Shown: positions 10,622 through 21,506 of the stretch, piece after piece
How positions within the stretch are numbered: the first letter of the stretch is position 1
Layout: each line of letters opens with the position of its first letter
IMG/VR virus record: IMGVR_UViG_3300028549_001428
Strand: one strand, 5' to 3'
Source of the DNA: a virus
Lineage: Duplodnaviria; Heunggongvirae; Uroviricota; Caudoviricetes
Length of the DNA: 64,000 nucleotides
Made by a program: the position numbers and the translations under genes
The notes under the pieces: model-generated
Told to the model about the DNA's origin: nothing
Seen by the model: only the letters and a program-made list of their open reading frames with translations
Databases searched by the model: none

Positions 10622-12199
10622 ATGTCCGAAGTATACGATTTATCACGTGAAGATCTAGTTTTACGTAAATTTTTTGAGGATTCGATCATCCAAAGTCGAA
10701 TTTGTAACCATTTAGACCCTGATTTGTTCGATGATCAGGATAATAAAAGAATATGTGATTTTATCAATAGATTTCATAAAAAATTTAGTAAATACCCATC
10801 AGCACAAGAATTAATTATTGCATTGCCAAAAGGTACACGAGAACGTACTAAATTAATGGCTATTAATAATGCTACTATTCCTACATTGGATAGAGATTTT
10901 GCTATATCTATGATCGAAAGTTTTTTCAGAGAAAAACAAACTGAAAAAGTATTAACTAACGCAGCTGAATTTATTCATGATGGACAAGTTGATAATATTG
11001 GTGACTTAGTAAAAGAACTACACAATGCAGTAAATTTTACATTGAATTTAGATATTGGTTTACATCTTTCCGATGATGCGCAAGAAGCATTGGATAGACT
11101 TAATGTTAGTTTACGTGCCATCCCTGCCGCTTTAGAGCTTGTTAGACGGGCTACTTCACCAAAGGATGGTTATGGTGGTCACTACCGAAAAGCATTGTCT
11201 GTATACTATGGTATGCCGAATGTAGGTAAATCTATTCTATTATGTAATGATGCTGCTTATGCATATCAAGCTGGTTTCAATGTTCTATATGTAACAATGG
11301 AAATGGCTGAAGAATTAATATGGGAAAGAATTACTGCCAATATAACCGATATTGAATTAGGTACGGTTCGTGGTAAATCAGCACTAGAAATACAAGAGTT
11401 ATTAGCGCAAAATAAATTAGAGCATGCTGAGAAAGCAGGTAATCTTTATGTTAAAGCAATGCCAACATCAGCTACTGTAGTTGATATTGAAAATGAAATT
11501 GTAGAGATTAAGAGAACTAAGGGTATTGATATTGATCTATTGGTTGTTGACTATATCGGTATCATGAAAGCAGCTAAGAGATTAGGATCGTTTAAAGATC
11601 ATACTCTTTATACACTTATCAAGGAAGTTGCTGAACAGCTACGTGATCTTGCTAAATCAAAAAACATTGCTGTGGTTACTGCGTCTCAGTTGAAGCGTGA
11701 AGGTTATGAGAATAAAGAAGCAAGCATGAAAGATGTTGCTGGTTCAGTTGGTCTTAATGACACCGCTGACTTTGTTATAACTATTACACAAGATCCATTA
11801 TTAAAATCATGTGGGTTGTTTGCTCATATGATATTAAAAAATCGTTTTGGTTCTAATAGTGTCTCTGGTTTATCAAGAGTTGATTATGCTCATATGAGAG
11901 TAAGATCAGCAACAGCAGAAGATATTGATAAGTATAATGAGCAACAAATAAATCAAACTCAAACCATACCAGAATTCAACGCTAACACATTTGAAGTTAA
12001 AGGTTCATCCAATTCAGCAACTAATTCGGATAGAGATAAAAATGTAAGAAAGCATAATTCTCCAAAAGGAAGAAATAATTCTCCTAATGACAGAGCAAAA
12101 AATATATCTTCTACTAATATAGACCATGATTCGAGTGTTGAAGAATTAAGTGCAGATCAAAACACCGATGCGTTAGATGGATTTACCGGAGTATTTTAG
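10622..12199 (+). CDS. replicative DnaB-like helicase (T4 gp41-like)
   Basis: Walker A GMPNVGKS, YVTMEM, VVDYI, TASQL, KNRFG. Confidence 0.92.
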   Translation: MSEVYDLSREDLVLRKFFEDSIIQSRICNHLDPDLFDDQDNKRICDFINRFHKKFSKYPSAQELIIALPKGTRERTKLMAINNATIPTLDRDFAISMIESFFREKQTEKVLTNAAEFIHDGQVDNIGDLVKELHNAVNFTLNLDIGLHLSDDAQEALDRLNVSLRAIPAALELVRRATSPKDGYGGHYRKALSVYYGMPNVGKSILLCNDAAYAYQAGFNVLYVTMEMAEELIWERITANITDIELGTVRGKSALEIQELLAQNKLEHAEKAGNLYVKAMPTSATVVDIENEIVEIKRTKGIDIDLLVVDYIGIMKAAKRLGSFKDHTLYTLIKEVAEQLRDLAKSKNIAVVTASQLKREGYENKEASMKDVAGSVGLNDTADFVITITQDPLLKSCGLFAHMILKNRFGSNSVSGLSRVDYAHMRVRSATAEDIDKYNEQQINQTQTIPEFNANTFEVKGSSNSATNSDRDKNVRKHNSPKGRNNSPNDRAKNISSTNIDHDSSVEELSADQNTDALDGFTGVF

Positions 12200-12513
12200 T
12201 GATACATATATCAACCGAAATTGAACAATTGTTAATGACTAAACGTTCTGATAATGATGACGTTGCGACATTAGCAATGCCAGAACATAAATTTAAAAAA
12301 ATGTCAGATAAATTGAATGATTCTATCTATAGTGTATATACAAAATACAAAGATACGGGATTAAAAATGAGTGATATTATTTTAGGTCTTCGATTGCATT
12401 TCGACATTGAATATTTAGTTGAAAAATTACTAAATAAAAAGATTAAAGCAATAATAAAAAAAGAATACACCGAGAGTAATACGATATATGCAAAGAAGAA
12501 AAATACCAAATAG
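12199..12513 (+). CDS. possible late-transcription coactivator (gp33-like)
   Basis: Weak resemblance DII...FDIE..EKLLNKKIKAIIKKE..ESN; lies just upstream of gp32 as in T4. Confidence 0.35.
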   Translation: MIHISTEIEQLLMTKRSDNDDVATLAMPEHKFKKMSDKLNDSIYSVYTKYKDTGLKMSDIILGLRLHFDIEYLVEKLLNKKIKAIIKKEYTESNTIYAKKKNTK

Positions 12514-13084
12514 TAACGATGTACATCAGCAATACAGAGACAAAATAAACGAAGCTCCAGAAGAAACACTGGAGCTTTCACATAATGCCTTAATTGAACG
12601 TGCAGGTGGTTCAATTAGTAATTTACCAGTGCAAACTAAAGAATTTAATGATTGGATAGAAGAACAAAGAAAATTAAGAAATCCATTGATTGGAAAATCA
12701 TATATTCAATCAGCACCTGAATATAACGCAGAACAAACAAAATTGGGTGATATATCTGAATTGGTAAATGATGATGCTGTTAAATTCATTAAATCTGAAA
12801 CAGGTAAAGCATTTGATGTAGAAGAAAGTCAAAAACTAATGGAAGAAAACGCATCATCCTCTGACAATCATGACATTAAATTTATCGATCTAACAATTAT
12901 TGAGAATTCAACACAAAAGAGATTAGCTTTTGATAAAGAATCAATAGTTACTAATGCTACAGATGAATTAAAAAAGTATCACGGTGATGAAAATTACGCA
13001 ACAGAAATTGATACAGAATCTGTAGTTGCCAATACACATAATTATTTATTGACGCAAGAAAATAATACAAAATTACTGAAATAA
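12488..13084 (+). CDS. hypothetical protein
   Basis: 198-aa ORF. Confidence 0.7.
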   Translation: MQRRKIPNSNDVHQQYRDKINEAPEETLELSHNALIERAGGSISNLPVQTKEFNDWIEEQRKLRNPLIGKSYIQSAPEYNAEQTKLGDISELVNDDAVKFIKSETGKAFDVEESQKLMEENASSSDNHDIKFIDLTIIENSTQKRLAFDKESIVTNATDELKKYHGDENYATEIDTESVVANTHNYLLTQENNTKLLK

Positions 13085-13086
13085 TT

Positions 13087-13115
13087 CTGACAAACATAAC
13101 AAAATAACTTATATT
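13087..13115 (+). promoter_or_regulatory. sigma70-like promoter
   Basis: CTGACA-17 nt-TATATT upstream of ssb. Confidence 0.55.
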
Positions 13116-13192
13116 TATTAATGTTCACAGTATGGAACGGTAGTTCTCTAAATTGAACGTAACTTAAAACAATAATCGAACAGGAGTTCAAA

Positions 13193-14218
13193 ATGTCAGA
13201 TTTCTTAACAGTAACAGCAGATACAGCAGCAGTAGAACCAGAGTCAACCGGTGGTCAAAAATATCAAAAGACTCCACCAGATCCACGATTCTGGAAACCA
13301 ACAATAAAAAATGAAGCAAAAGAATACCAAGCTATGGTAAGAATGTTGCCTCGTGGATTTAATGGCTTGAAGAATAAGCTAAATCCTAGTGTAAAAATAT
13401 TAACCCACAGATTAAAATCAGAACAGGCAAAAGTGTTCATGAACGTCAAGTGTAGAAAAATGCTTGGTGAAGATCAATTCTGTCCTATTTGTGATGCTGG
13501 TTGGGCGATATTTAATGAAGGTAAGGCTCAAAACAACAAAGAGATTAAGGATCAGGGTAAGGACATTCTTGCGAAAGAAAGTCATGTAATGAATATTCTT
13601 ATTCGTAACGATATTCAAGTAACTGATCTTATTGGTCAGGTTAAATTGTGGGAACACACAGGAAAGATGAATAAGACTCTGTTCGAACCTACCAAGGAAG
13701 AAAAGAGAGATCCATCAAAACCTGCTTCAATAAAGAAAAAGCAAATTTTCTATCCATATAGTCCAAAGAATGGTCGTGACTTCTTGGTTATGGTAACTGA
13801 AGATCCTGAAAAGCATATGGCTTCATATGATAATTCCGAATGGGATACAGATGGATTCTCCGACTTGGCTGGTAGCGATGCCGAAATCATGGCTATCTTG
13901 GATAAGTGCTATGACCTAACCGAATTCCTAACAGTTCCATCTGCTGAAGAAGCAGGTCAGAAATATGCGGAATTCTGTGCAAAGGTTGAGCAGAAATTGG
14001 CTGGTAGAGCAGCTAATGGATCAATGCCAGGAACAGGAACAGCAACTGGTGCAGGTAAAGTAGCAACTAAGAATGTAAAGACTGGCGATGCTCAGAATTA
14101 CTTCCAAGGTGCTTCGGTACAAACCCCATCAGCAAGTGCGTCCCCTGCCCCTTCAGCAGAACCTGAAGTAGAATTTGAATCGGAAAATTCAGCAGCAGAT
14201 GATGAATTACCATTTTAA
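13193..14218 (+). CDS. single-stranded DNA-binding protein (T4 gp32-like)
   Basis: DPRFWKPT, RMLP, CPIC Zn motif, YDNSEW, acidic tail ending DDELPF; AGGAG SD. Confidence 0.9.
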   Translation: MSDFLTVTADTAAVEPESTGGQKYQKTPPDPRFWKPTIKNEAKEYQAMVRMLPRGFNGLKNKLNPSVKILTHRLKSEQAKVFMNVKCRKMLGEDQFCPICDAGWAIFNEGKAQNNKEIKDQGKDILAKESHVMNILIRNDIQVTDLIGQVKLWEHTGKMNKTLFEPTKEEKRDPSKPASIKKKQIFYPYSPKNGRDFLVMVTEDPEKHMASYDNSEWDTDGFSDLAGSDAEIMAILDKCYDLTEFLTVPSAEEAGQKYAEFCAKVEQKLAGRAANGSMPGTGTATGAGKVATKNVKTGDAQNYFQGASVQTPSASASPAPSAEPEVEFESENSAADDELPF

Positions 14219-14238
14219 TTTCTGATAAAATATATATT

Positions 14239-14270
14239 AAAGAGAGATGCACAACATCTCTCTTTTTTTT
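14239..14270 (+). terminator. intrinsic terminator
   Basis: AGAGAGATG-CACAA-CATCTCTCT plus T-tract. Confidence 0.75.
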
Positions 14271-14477
14271 ATGAATAACATTATTAAAACATCTATTGAT
14301 ACAGAATATGAATTCTACAAGGGATTAACTAATACTTTATTTGAATTAGAATATAATTCAAATATGAGAAGATTAGGTTCTTCAAAAAATAAATACAAAT
14401 ATCACAATACTTTACTATATTTGAGTATGATAGAAACCACACTCAAGTCGATTAGAGAAGATGATAGACAACTTTGA
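14271..14477 (+). CDS. small hypothetical protein
   Basis: ORF overlapping primase start; begins directly after terminator, no clear SD. Confidence 0.35.
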   Translation: MNNIIKTSIDTEYEFYKGLTNTLFELEYNSNMRRLGSSKNKYKYHNTLLYLSMIETTLKSIREDDRQL

Positions 14478-15675
14478 TTACAGTAGAATTCCAGACTCTT
14501 TGCTTCATGAGGCAGTTATTGAAAGTTTAGTTAACTGCGATTTGGAATGCAATAGAAGCGGAACTGAGTATACGTTTCATTGTCCTTTGTGTGGAGGACA
14601 TACAAAAAATAAAACCAATAAATGTGCTTATGTATATACAGATAAATGGAAATATGTATGTTACAACTGTAATAAATCATTTGCATTCACTAAATTTCTA
14701 AAAAACGAACATAATGAAATTTATAAGCGTGTAATATTTCACGCATTTGATAAGAAAAAACGTGATTGGAAGAAACCCCAAAAAACCAAAGCTGAAAAAA
14801 CATATAACGCAACCAATTTATATAAATTTAAGGTAGGTGAATTAGTCGAGCTTACTGACGAAACTAATCCTACTGCAATAAAAGCATTAGAATATTGTCT
14901 TAGCAGACGTATACGAAAGTCTGTATATAAAAAATGGTTTGTATGTATCCGTGATGACAAATATAAAGATAGAGATACCAACGGAAATTATATAAAAAAT
15001 GAAGATGGTCGATATGTAGGTAATGAATATGGTAATAGAATTATAATACCTTATTACCGATATGGTGGTAAATGGATACAGTTTGATGCTCGTTCATTAG
15101 ATGAACATTCATTACTTAGATATCGAAATTTGGAAAGTGCTGAACGTGAATTATATAACATTGATTTTTTAAATGTAAATGAACCATTCTTTCTATTGGA
15201 AGGTGCTATTGACTCAACATTTATAAAAAATTCAATTGCGTTTGGTGGTACTAAACATTTAATGAAATTTCTAGAGCTACATCCTGAACTGAAAAAGAAT
15301 GCTCATAACGGCACTGTTATTTGGGATAATGACGATGCAGGTAAAGATGAAATTGAAAAAACTGTGAAGATGGGGTTTAGTTGGTTTGAGTGGACTCACA
15401 TAAAACCAACTGAAGAATTTAAGTATGATAAAGATGGATCACTACGCCAAATTAAAGATATTAATAATGCCGTGATGTATTCTGACTGTTTTAAATTAGA
15501 TAAGAATGGTTTTATTGTTTTTGACGATTTAAAAACCTATATTAGAAAAGCAGATGGTGCTATGATTAAATTAATGTTATTGCATGGAAATCGTGAGAAA
15601 ATGAAATATGAAAAGCAAAAACAAGCTAAAAAAATCATAACAAAAAAATCTAAACCCACCACACCATATTTTTAA
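14461..15675 (+). CDS. DNA primase (T4 gp61-like)
   Basis: Zn finger CPLCG...CYNC, RIIIP, TOPRIM EGAID and WDNDDAG, KDIN. Confidence 0.92.
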   Translation: MIDNFDYSRIPDSLLHEAVIESLVNCDLECNRSGTEYTFHCPLCGGHTKNKTNKCAYVYTDKWKYVCYNCNKSFAFTKFLKNEHNEIYKRVIFHAFDKKKRDWKKPQKTKAEKTYNATNLYKFKVGELVELTDETNPTAIKALEYCLSRRIRKSVYKKWFVCIRDDKYKDRDTNGNYIKNEDGRYVGNEYGNRIIIPYYRYGGKWIQFDARSLDEHSLLRYRNLESAERELYNIDFLNVNEPFFLLEGAIDSTFIKNSIAFGGTKHLMKFLELHPELKKNAHNGTVIWDNDDAGKDEIEKTVKMGFSWFEWTHIKPTEEFKYDKDGSLRQIKDINNAVMYSDCFKLDKNGFIVFDDLKTYIRKADGAMIKLMLLHGNREKMKYEKQKQAKKIITKKSKPTTPYF

Positions 15676-15685
15676 GGATATCATT

Positions 15686-16732
15686 ATGGCTAAAGACAAA
15701 AAACAAACAAAAACAGAACAAAAAATTGTACCGCAGATTGATATTAATGATGATATTAATATAGACTCCGATATTGAGGTTTCACTTGATGATTCGGATG
15801 AATCTATTGAAGGTGCATTCGATGATGCAATGAATGAACTAGGTGAACAAAAAGATAAAAAAGACCAAGCACTTAAAGAAAAAGCAAGTAAGAAACGCCA
15901 AGTAGTAGAATCTACAAAAAAAGAATTGGGTATCAGACCTCCAAAGCAAAGCAAATTTCCTACGCAAAGCGATGATTTTTTGAGTAAGCCTGTTAGTGAT
16001 AAGGCAGTTCATGTAATTTTGAATCAACATATGTCAAAAATATATATGGATGGGGTTGATTTTGCTCCTCGTATTTTAATGGGAATACCTGCGTTTAATA
16101 AGCAATGTAAGAAAAATGCATTTGAACACTTAATTAGAATGCAAGAAAAAATTCGTGAATTTCGAGGTACTGATCCAAAAAATGCACCTAAATGGATAAT
16201 TATAAGCAATGATTCTTCTATGATACATGATAGAAATCTTATTCCTCGGTTAGAAGAATTAAAGGAAAATACTCATGTAGCGGCTCCATATGGTTTTTCT
16301 CAAATTAGAGCATCTGGTAGATGGTTTAATCTAGATAAGACAGATGTATATCGTGGATGCTATGCACAAGGCAATATGGACAACGTAGAATGGTCATATG
16401 TAAACGGAATGGGATATGAGGAAATATCTAGACGCAGAGTATTGATTGCACACGGTCCATTTATTGCCATTCGTGGTGAAACATTTATGTCATTGAATTT
16501 CAAAGATATGTCCGAACATATGGAATCTGGTTATTATCATTATATGGCAGATATATCATTAGAATGTCATAAGCGTGGATATCTAGTGGCTCAAATAAAA
16601 TCAATGGCTTCTCAATATGATGATATAATGAAAGTGTTTTCGACTAGTGAAGTACAAGTAGATCATGCATATTTTACATCAAAATGGCAATCTATACTAC
16701 CAATATCAATAGTACCAAAACCTACAAAATAA
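15686..16732 (+). CDS. glycosyltransferase-like (GT-A fold) protein with charged N-terminus
   Basis: WIIISND, HGPFIAIRGE, GYYHYMADISLE..KRG resemble GT2-like family motifs. Confidence 0.45.
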   Translation: MAKDKKQTKTEQKIVPQIDINDDINIDSDIEVSLDDSDESIEGAFDDAMNELGEQKDKKDQALKEKASKKRQVVESTKKELGIRPPKQSKFPTQSDDFLSKPVSDKAVHVILNQHMSKIYMDGVDFAPRILMGIPAFNKQCKKNAFEHLIRMQEKIREFRGTDPKNAPKWIIISNDSSMIHDRNLIPRLEELKENTHVAAPYGFSQIRASGRWFNLDKTDVYRGCYAQGNMDNVEWSYVNGMGYEEISRRRVLIAHGPFIAIRGETFMSLNFKDMSEHMESGYYHYMADISLECHKRGYLVAQIKSMASQYDDIMKVFSTSEVQVDHAYFTSKWQSILPISIVPKPTK

Positions 16733-16792
16733 ATAAAAAGATCCCTTTGGGATCTTTTTTTATAAACTAATCACATATTAACAAGGTCATAT

Positions 16793-17452
16793 ATGTCTAC
16801 AGCATTCGATAATTTACTATCATTAACACAGTCATTTGAACCATCCAATGGTGAAAAATGTAATCAATTTGGTAATAATGTATTACAACCTACCGATGGT
16901 GGTATATCAGATTTCAATAAAGGCGTTGCTACGATGTCGCCATATGGTAGTAATTACAATATGGCATTAACTGAAGCCGTTGAATATCAATATGATACTA
17001 AATTATTATTTGATCACTTGAAACCAATCGAAGAATTATTCACTCAAAAACTAAAAGACCAGAATAAATCAGAAATGGAACGTAATAAAAAATACAAATC
17101 CAATGCTGATTATGGCTCTGGTATTGGATTTATGCAGGGTGTGGACGGTGAAGTGTCGGAAGATGAAGCCAATGCTATTAAAATGATGAAGCATGCTGAA
17201 CACGAATCAAAATATCCACATATGCTATCAAGTAATGTTCAATTTGATTCCAAATATGATTTTTTAATGAGTTTAAAGAGTATTTTCTCTGATTTACCCG
17301 AAGATCAAATGAATAAAATCATAACAAATGCATCTGGATTCATTAGTGAATTTAAAATTGATAACTATAGAGATTTTATAAATACTGTAAAAACAGAAAT
17401 GAAAAATCGAAACTATAGCAATACAGAAAGAGAGACTAGAGAATTTAGATAA
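16793..17452 (+). CDS. hypothetical late protein
   Basis: TATAAACTA at 16761-16769; flanked by terminators 16735-16761 and 17452-17481. Confidence 0.7.
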   Translation: MSTAFDNLLSLTQSFEPSNGEKCNQFGNNVLQPTDGGISDFNKGVATMSPYGSNYNMALTEAVEYQYDTKLLFDHLKPIEELFTQKLKDQNKSEMERNKKYKSNADYGSGIGFMQGVDGEVSEDEANAIKMMKHAEHESKYPHMLSSNVQFDSKYDFLMSLKSIFSDLPEDQMNKIITNASGFISEFKIDNYRDFINTVKTEMKNRNYSNTERETREFR

Positions 17453-17512
17453 AAAAGGGAACCTAAAAAGGTTCCTTTTTTGCTATATTATGTACATAAA
17501 TATGGAGCATTT

Positions 17513-18355
17513 ATGGCATATCCGATAAAAATAACTAAAGCATACTTAGAAGTATTAAAAAATCTGTTGAAGGTGGCTAATAAAAGAGAAGTTCTGTTCT
17601 TTAAAGAAACTGAAACCTATATGATATCCCTAATGGATATGGGTACATTGGTTCATATATCTACCTCGGCAAATAATATATCATATTCAGATCCTGAAAT
17701 TGGTATAGCTAATATGCCTGAGTTTATGGATTACATAAAAGCAATTGATTATCCAAAGAAAGGAAATATTAAGTTTGCTCAAGAACGATCAACTAAAGGT
17801 AGATTACTTGACTGTTTAGTATTTAGTGATGATTACGCAACATATAGAACTGTTGTAGCCGATCAAACAAAGTTTACTCCAAAGTATGATAAAAAAGTGC
17901 CTGTTTCAAGAGATAACGATCCAATGAAACTAGTCGCAAAATTTACGTTAGATACTGATGATCTTGAGAGATTAACAACTGACATAAAATTAATGAAAAA
18001 GAGTGAATTTTTTGGATTGACCGTAAATGAATCAATTTCCATATATATGCGAGGAATGGAAAGACAACAAGTAACTAGATTAATCGACGAAACCAACTCC
18101 GTAATATTTGATTCAAATGCATTAAATGTAGATGGAATTGAAAAATATAGATTGTTTCCAAGTAGAATATTTAACTTCATGTCAACCTTCGATTGTAAAT
18201 TTGATATCGAACTTAGATATCTCGAATCTAGAAACACATTAGCATTCAAAGCATTTGGTAAAGTAATGCAAGAAAATGGAGATTTGATTAATATTTATAT
18301 CGCCTCTCCTGAAAGTACATCCCAAATTATGAGTAATTTTGATATAGTTGAATAA
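17513..18355 (+). CDS. sliding clamp (T4 gp45-like)
   Basis: N-term IKITKAYLEVLKNL ~ T4 MKLSKDTTALLKNF; EIGIANMPEF; C-term YIASPE; GGAG SD before ATG 17513. Confidence 0.7.
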   Translation: MAYPIKITKAYLEVLKNLLKVANKREVLFFKETETYMISLMDMGTLVHISTSANNISYSDPEIGIANMPEFMDYIKAIDYPKKGNIKFAQERSTKGRLLDCLVFSDDYATYRTVVADQTKFTPKYDKKVPVSRDNDPMKLVAKFTLDTDDLERLTTDIKLMKKSEFFGLTVNESISIYMRGMERQQVTRLIDETNSVIFDSNALNVDGIEKYRLFPSRIFNFMSTFDCKFDIELRYLESRNTLAFKAFGKVMQENGDLINIYIASPESTSQIMSNFDIVE

Positions 18356-18428
18356 TTAAATGCGGTTTAATACCGCATTTTTTATTTAAATTATAAACTA
18401 TTGATAATCACCAAAATTAGGTATAAAA

Positions 18429-20033
18429 ATGGAATTTAAGAAACTTGACGTACTAAATGCGCTAAAGAGTAAGAAGATTGATAATGGACCATCAGCTTCT
18501 GATACAAAATTAGATAAGCAAGATGTTATAAAAAATTTAGGTAAAGCATGTCCAAAGCCAACCGAAAAAACACCTGATAAAATAAATCAGATGGCTATCA
18601 TTAAGAGAATGAATGGTGATATTGCTGACCCAGCCAAGGGAATTAAATTTGAATCCATTTGGACACCAGTTAAAGCAACCGTTAAGGACATTACTCAACG
18701 TATATTGACCGAAGCATCATTAACACCAAATAACTCACCTAATGCATTTAGATTGGATTTAAAGAGTATTGTTCTAGATAAGATGCACAGTAAATTTAAT
18801 ATCAATAGAAAGAATAATAATGTTACTGTTGAATTAATTTACCCTAACGCAAATGGAAAAATTACAGTAAAATTAAATCTTGACGGTATAGATGATTCTG
18901 TATATGAAGTTGGTTTAGAAGATCAACAATACACAGGCAATTTTGGTGCGTCAATTATAAAATCAATAGATGATATATTGAACAAGCAAGCACAAGCGAC
19001 TCCATCATTTGGTACACCATCTCAATTCGCAAATCCATCAGTTAGCGTATCTGGATTTTCTCCTAACTGGGTTCAGGGTGGATATAGCATGGAATCCGAT
19101 GCAAGACATTTTAGTAATCTAATGACATTGGTTGAACAAGATGAAACAAAAAAACCAGAAGATGTAGATCCTACTGCTGATGAAGGTGGTGACGTACCTG
19201 TTGATGGTGGTGATGTTCCTACTGATGCTTCTGGTGATGTTAATTCCGATTCATTTGGTGCTGATGCATTCTCTGCTGATCCAGGTGGTATGGATATGGG
19301 CGGTGGTTCTGTTGGTGGTGGTATGGATTTAGGTGGAATGGGTGGCGGTGGTGCACCAGACGCTGATCCAAATGCTGTAAATGCTGATGAAGGAACCGTT
19401 GGATTAGAAGATAATGAAGAATACTCAACATTTAGAGATTTTGCTGTAGATAATTTTACAACAACTAAAGACGGTATTATTGATGTACTATCAAATATTG
19501 TCGCTGATGGTGTAGGAAAACAATTAAATAACTCAACTCAAGGTGTTAAATTAACATCATCGCAAATATCTAATGGCATGCAGGGATTAAATACAAGACC
19601 AGCTAAAGAAATTATTGATGCATTCTTACAATTATATCCAGCATTAGATAGTGAATTCAAAGTTAGTGATTTGGAAACATTAGCCGAGAAATTAGAAGAA
19701 CGTCCATCCCCAAGTGATTTCAATCAATTCATGGAAGGATATATTAAAGAAATGCAAGGACAACAACAAAGTGATACCGATGTATTGCAATTACCAAATG
19801 CACCACAGGAACCTATGGGTGGTGCTCCAGAAGCAGGTGCAGGTAGTGCGCCTCCTAATGAGTTTGGTGATTTCATGGATGCATCAAATGAATTGGGTGG
19901 TGTCGAACCTACGCCAACTGAAGGTGAAATCCCAACTGAAGGTGAAGATGAAGATGTGCAAGGTACATTAAGAAAAGCAGCCGAATTGGAAACAGGGGCT
20001 GGTCCTGAATTAAATGAATTTCCCAATGTATAA
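18429..20033 (+). CDS. acidic, low-complexity late protein (possible head core/scaffold-associated)
   Basis: TATAAACTA 18392-18400; G/D/E/P-rich tracts; LTEA/LVEQ-type motifs. Confidence 0.6.
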   Translation: MEFKKLDVLNALKSKKIDNGPSASDTKLDKQDVIKNLGKACPKPTEKTPDKINQMAIIKRMNGDIADPAKGIKFESIWTPVKATVKDITQRILTEASLTPNNSPNAFRLDLKSIVLDKMHSKFNINRKNNNVTVELIYPNANGKITVKLNLDGIDDSVYEVGLEDQQYTGNFGASIIKSIDDILNKQAQATPSFGTPSQFANPSVSVSGFSPNWVQGGYSMESDARHFSNLMTLVEQDETKKPEDVDPTADEGGDVPVDGGDVPTDASGDVNSDSFGADAFSADPGGMDMGGGSVGGGMDLGGMGGGGAPDADPNAVNADEGTVGLEDNEEYSTFRDFAVDNFTTTKDGIIDVLSNIVADGVGKQLNNSTQGVKLTSSQISNGMQGLNTRPAKEIIDAFLQLYPALDSEFKVSDLETLAEKLEERPSPSDFNQFMEGYIKEMQGQQQSDTDVLQLPNAPQEPMGGAPEAGAGSAPPNEFGDFMDASNELGGVEPTPTEGEIPTEGEDEDVQGTLRKAAELETGAGPELNEFPNV

Positions 20034-20103
20034 ATAACAATTAAAAGGTATATTTAATGGTAGAATGTAAGTTCTACCATTTTTTATTTAAAGGAAAATA
20101 ATT

Positions 20104-21282
20104 ATGTCCGAATTAAAAGTAATGAGAATCAGTGCTATAAATGATCTTCCACAAAGACTTTGTTTTATGGCAAAGGGATTGCAATCTGAATATCAAGCAG
20201 ATAATGAACAATTATATATTGAATGTTATAGAAAAGAAAATGAAAATGTAATACGATTAAGCACAAGCACTGGAATATGGACAGAAGTTAACCCATATGA
20301 TAAGGAAGATGGTGATATTTTACCATTTTCGGTATCAATTAATTTATATGACTTCTTTAATGCTGTTGATAATTGTGTTGATGAACTGATTTCTTTATGG
20401 ATTGATGAAGAAACCAATGAATTGGTTCTTGATAGTTTTTATAATCCAGTTAAGGAATTGGATGAATTGGAAGTAAGACTTAAAATAGGTACTTCTAAAT
20501 TTCCATTTAGACCTATAACTGTTACACCAGATGCTAAATTAATAAATGCAATTGAAATAGATACTCAAGGTCTTCTTGAGATTATGACTCAGTTGAATTA
20601 TGAAAAGTCAGCGGATGGCGTAAATATTATAGTGGAAAATAAGAAATTAAAATTCCAAAATATACACGCTGGTATGAAAAGTACATTGACATTAAAATCT
20701 TATGAAAGAGATGATTATGGTACTGATTGTTCTGTATATATCCCATTTAATATATTTAGTTTGATGATGTCTACAGGTCAATACACACCTCTTACCTTCA
20801 ACATTTATGATAATAACACGGTTACGTTGACGACATGTGAATACAATTTCATGCATGTAGATACAACTAATACAGAAATATTTACAATAGATGTATCTAA
20901 ATTTACTGATTATTTCGTAATGGATGCTAAATTGTTAGAATGTAATATGAAATTACTTAACAAATTAACTCAACAAGCACCTATTGTTAATGTAAAATTT
21001 GAAAAGGTTGATGCATGTGTTGCAGATATAATATGCGAATACCCAAATAGATATACAGTTGCTATGAGAACCGATCTAGCGATGCTATCGGATAAGGAAA
21101 TGAATATAGATGCACGAATATTATCTGAAATGATCAGACATACTAATGTTGATGCTATTAGAATCAAGATTGATGAGTTTGATGGTGTGTACATCGGATA
21201 TGAAAATGCAACTATAAAGAAACAAATGGTATATGATCATAGTGATTTTTCTAAGTATCGAGTATACAAAGAATCGCTGTGA
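20104..21282 (+). CDS. possible divergent DnaN/beta-clamp-fold protein
   Basis: 392 aa with three repeated ~125-aa alpha/beta patterns; GVNIIVENKKLKF, VYIP, MNIDARILSEMIRH..AIRIKI resemble DnaN domain signatures. Confidence 0.4.
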   Translation: MSELKVMRISAINDLPQRLCFMAKGLQSEYQADNEQLYIECYRKENENVIRLSTSTGIWTEVNPYDKEDGDILPFSVSINLYDFFNAVDNCVDELISLWIDEETNELVLDSFYNPVKELDELEVRLKIGTSKFPFRPITVTPDAKLINAIEIDTQGLLEIMTQLNYEKSADGVNIIVENKKLKFQNIHAGMKSTLTLKSYERDDYGTDCSVYIPFNIFSLMMSTGQYTPLTFNIYDNNTVTLTTCEYNFMHVDTTNTEIFTIDVSKFTDYFVMDAKLLECNMKLLNKLTQQAPIVNVKFEKVDACVADIICEYPNRYTVAMRTDLAMLSDKEMNIDARILSEMIRHTNVDAIRIKIDEFDGVYIGYENATIKKQMVYDHSDFSKYRVYKESL

Positions 21283-21506
21283 TAACTAAATTAGATATAA
21301 AACAACAAATCCCCTTAATAGGGGATTTGCGTGTAGATGCTAGAATTAATGTATCTCAGGATATATGGGATACATCGGTTGCATATATGTTTAGACCAAC
21401 AGAATATATGAAAACAGTGATGCGATCCCATGAACAATATATTGAAAATACTTATAGACCAAGTTCTTTAAAAATTGATTCCATATCATTATCATCTGGC
21501 ATTTGA
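21279..21506 (+). CDS. small hypothetical protein
   Basis: GTGA-coupled to upstream gene; overlaps convergent gene by 55 nt. Confidence 0.4.
   Translation: MITKLDIKQQIPLIGDLRVDARINVSQDIWDTSVAYMFRPTEYMKTVMRSHEQYIENTYRPSSLKIDSISLSSGI
21306..21329 (-). terminator. terminator of minus-strand late gene
   Basis: CAAATCCCCT-TAAT-AGGGGATTTG, T-rich tail on minus strand. Confidence 0.55.
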
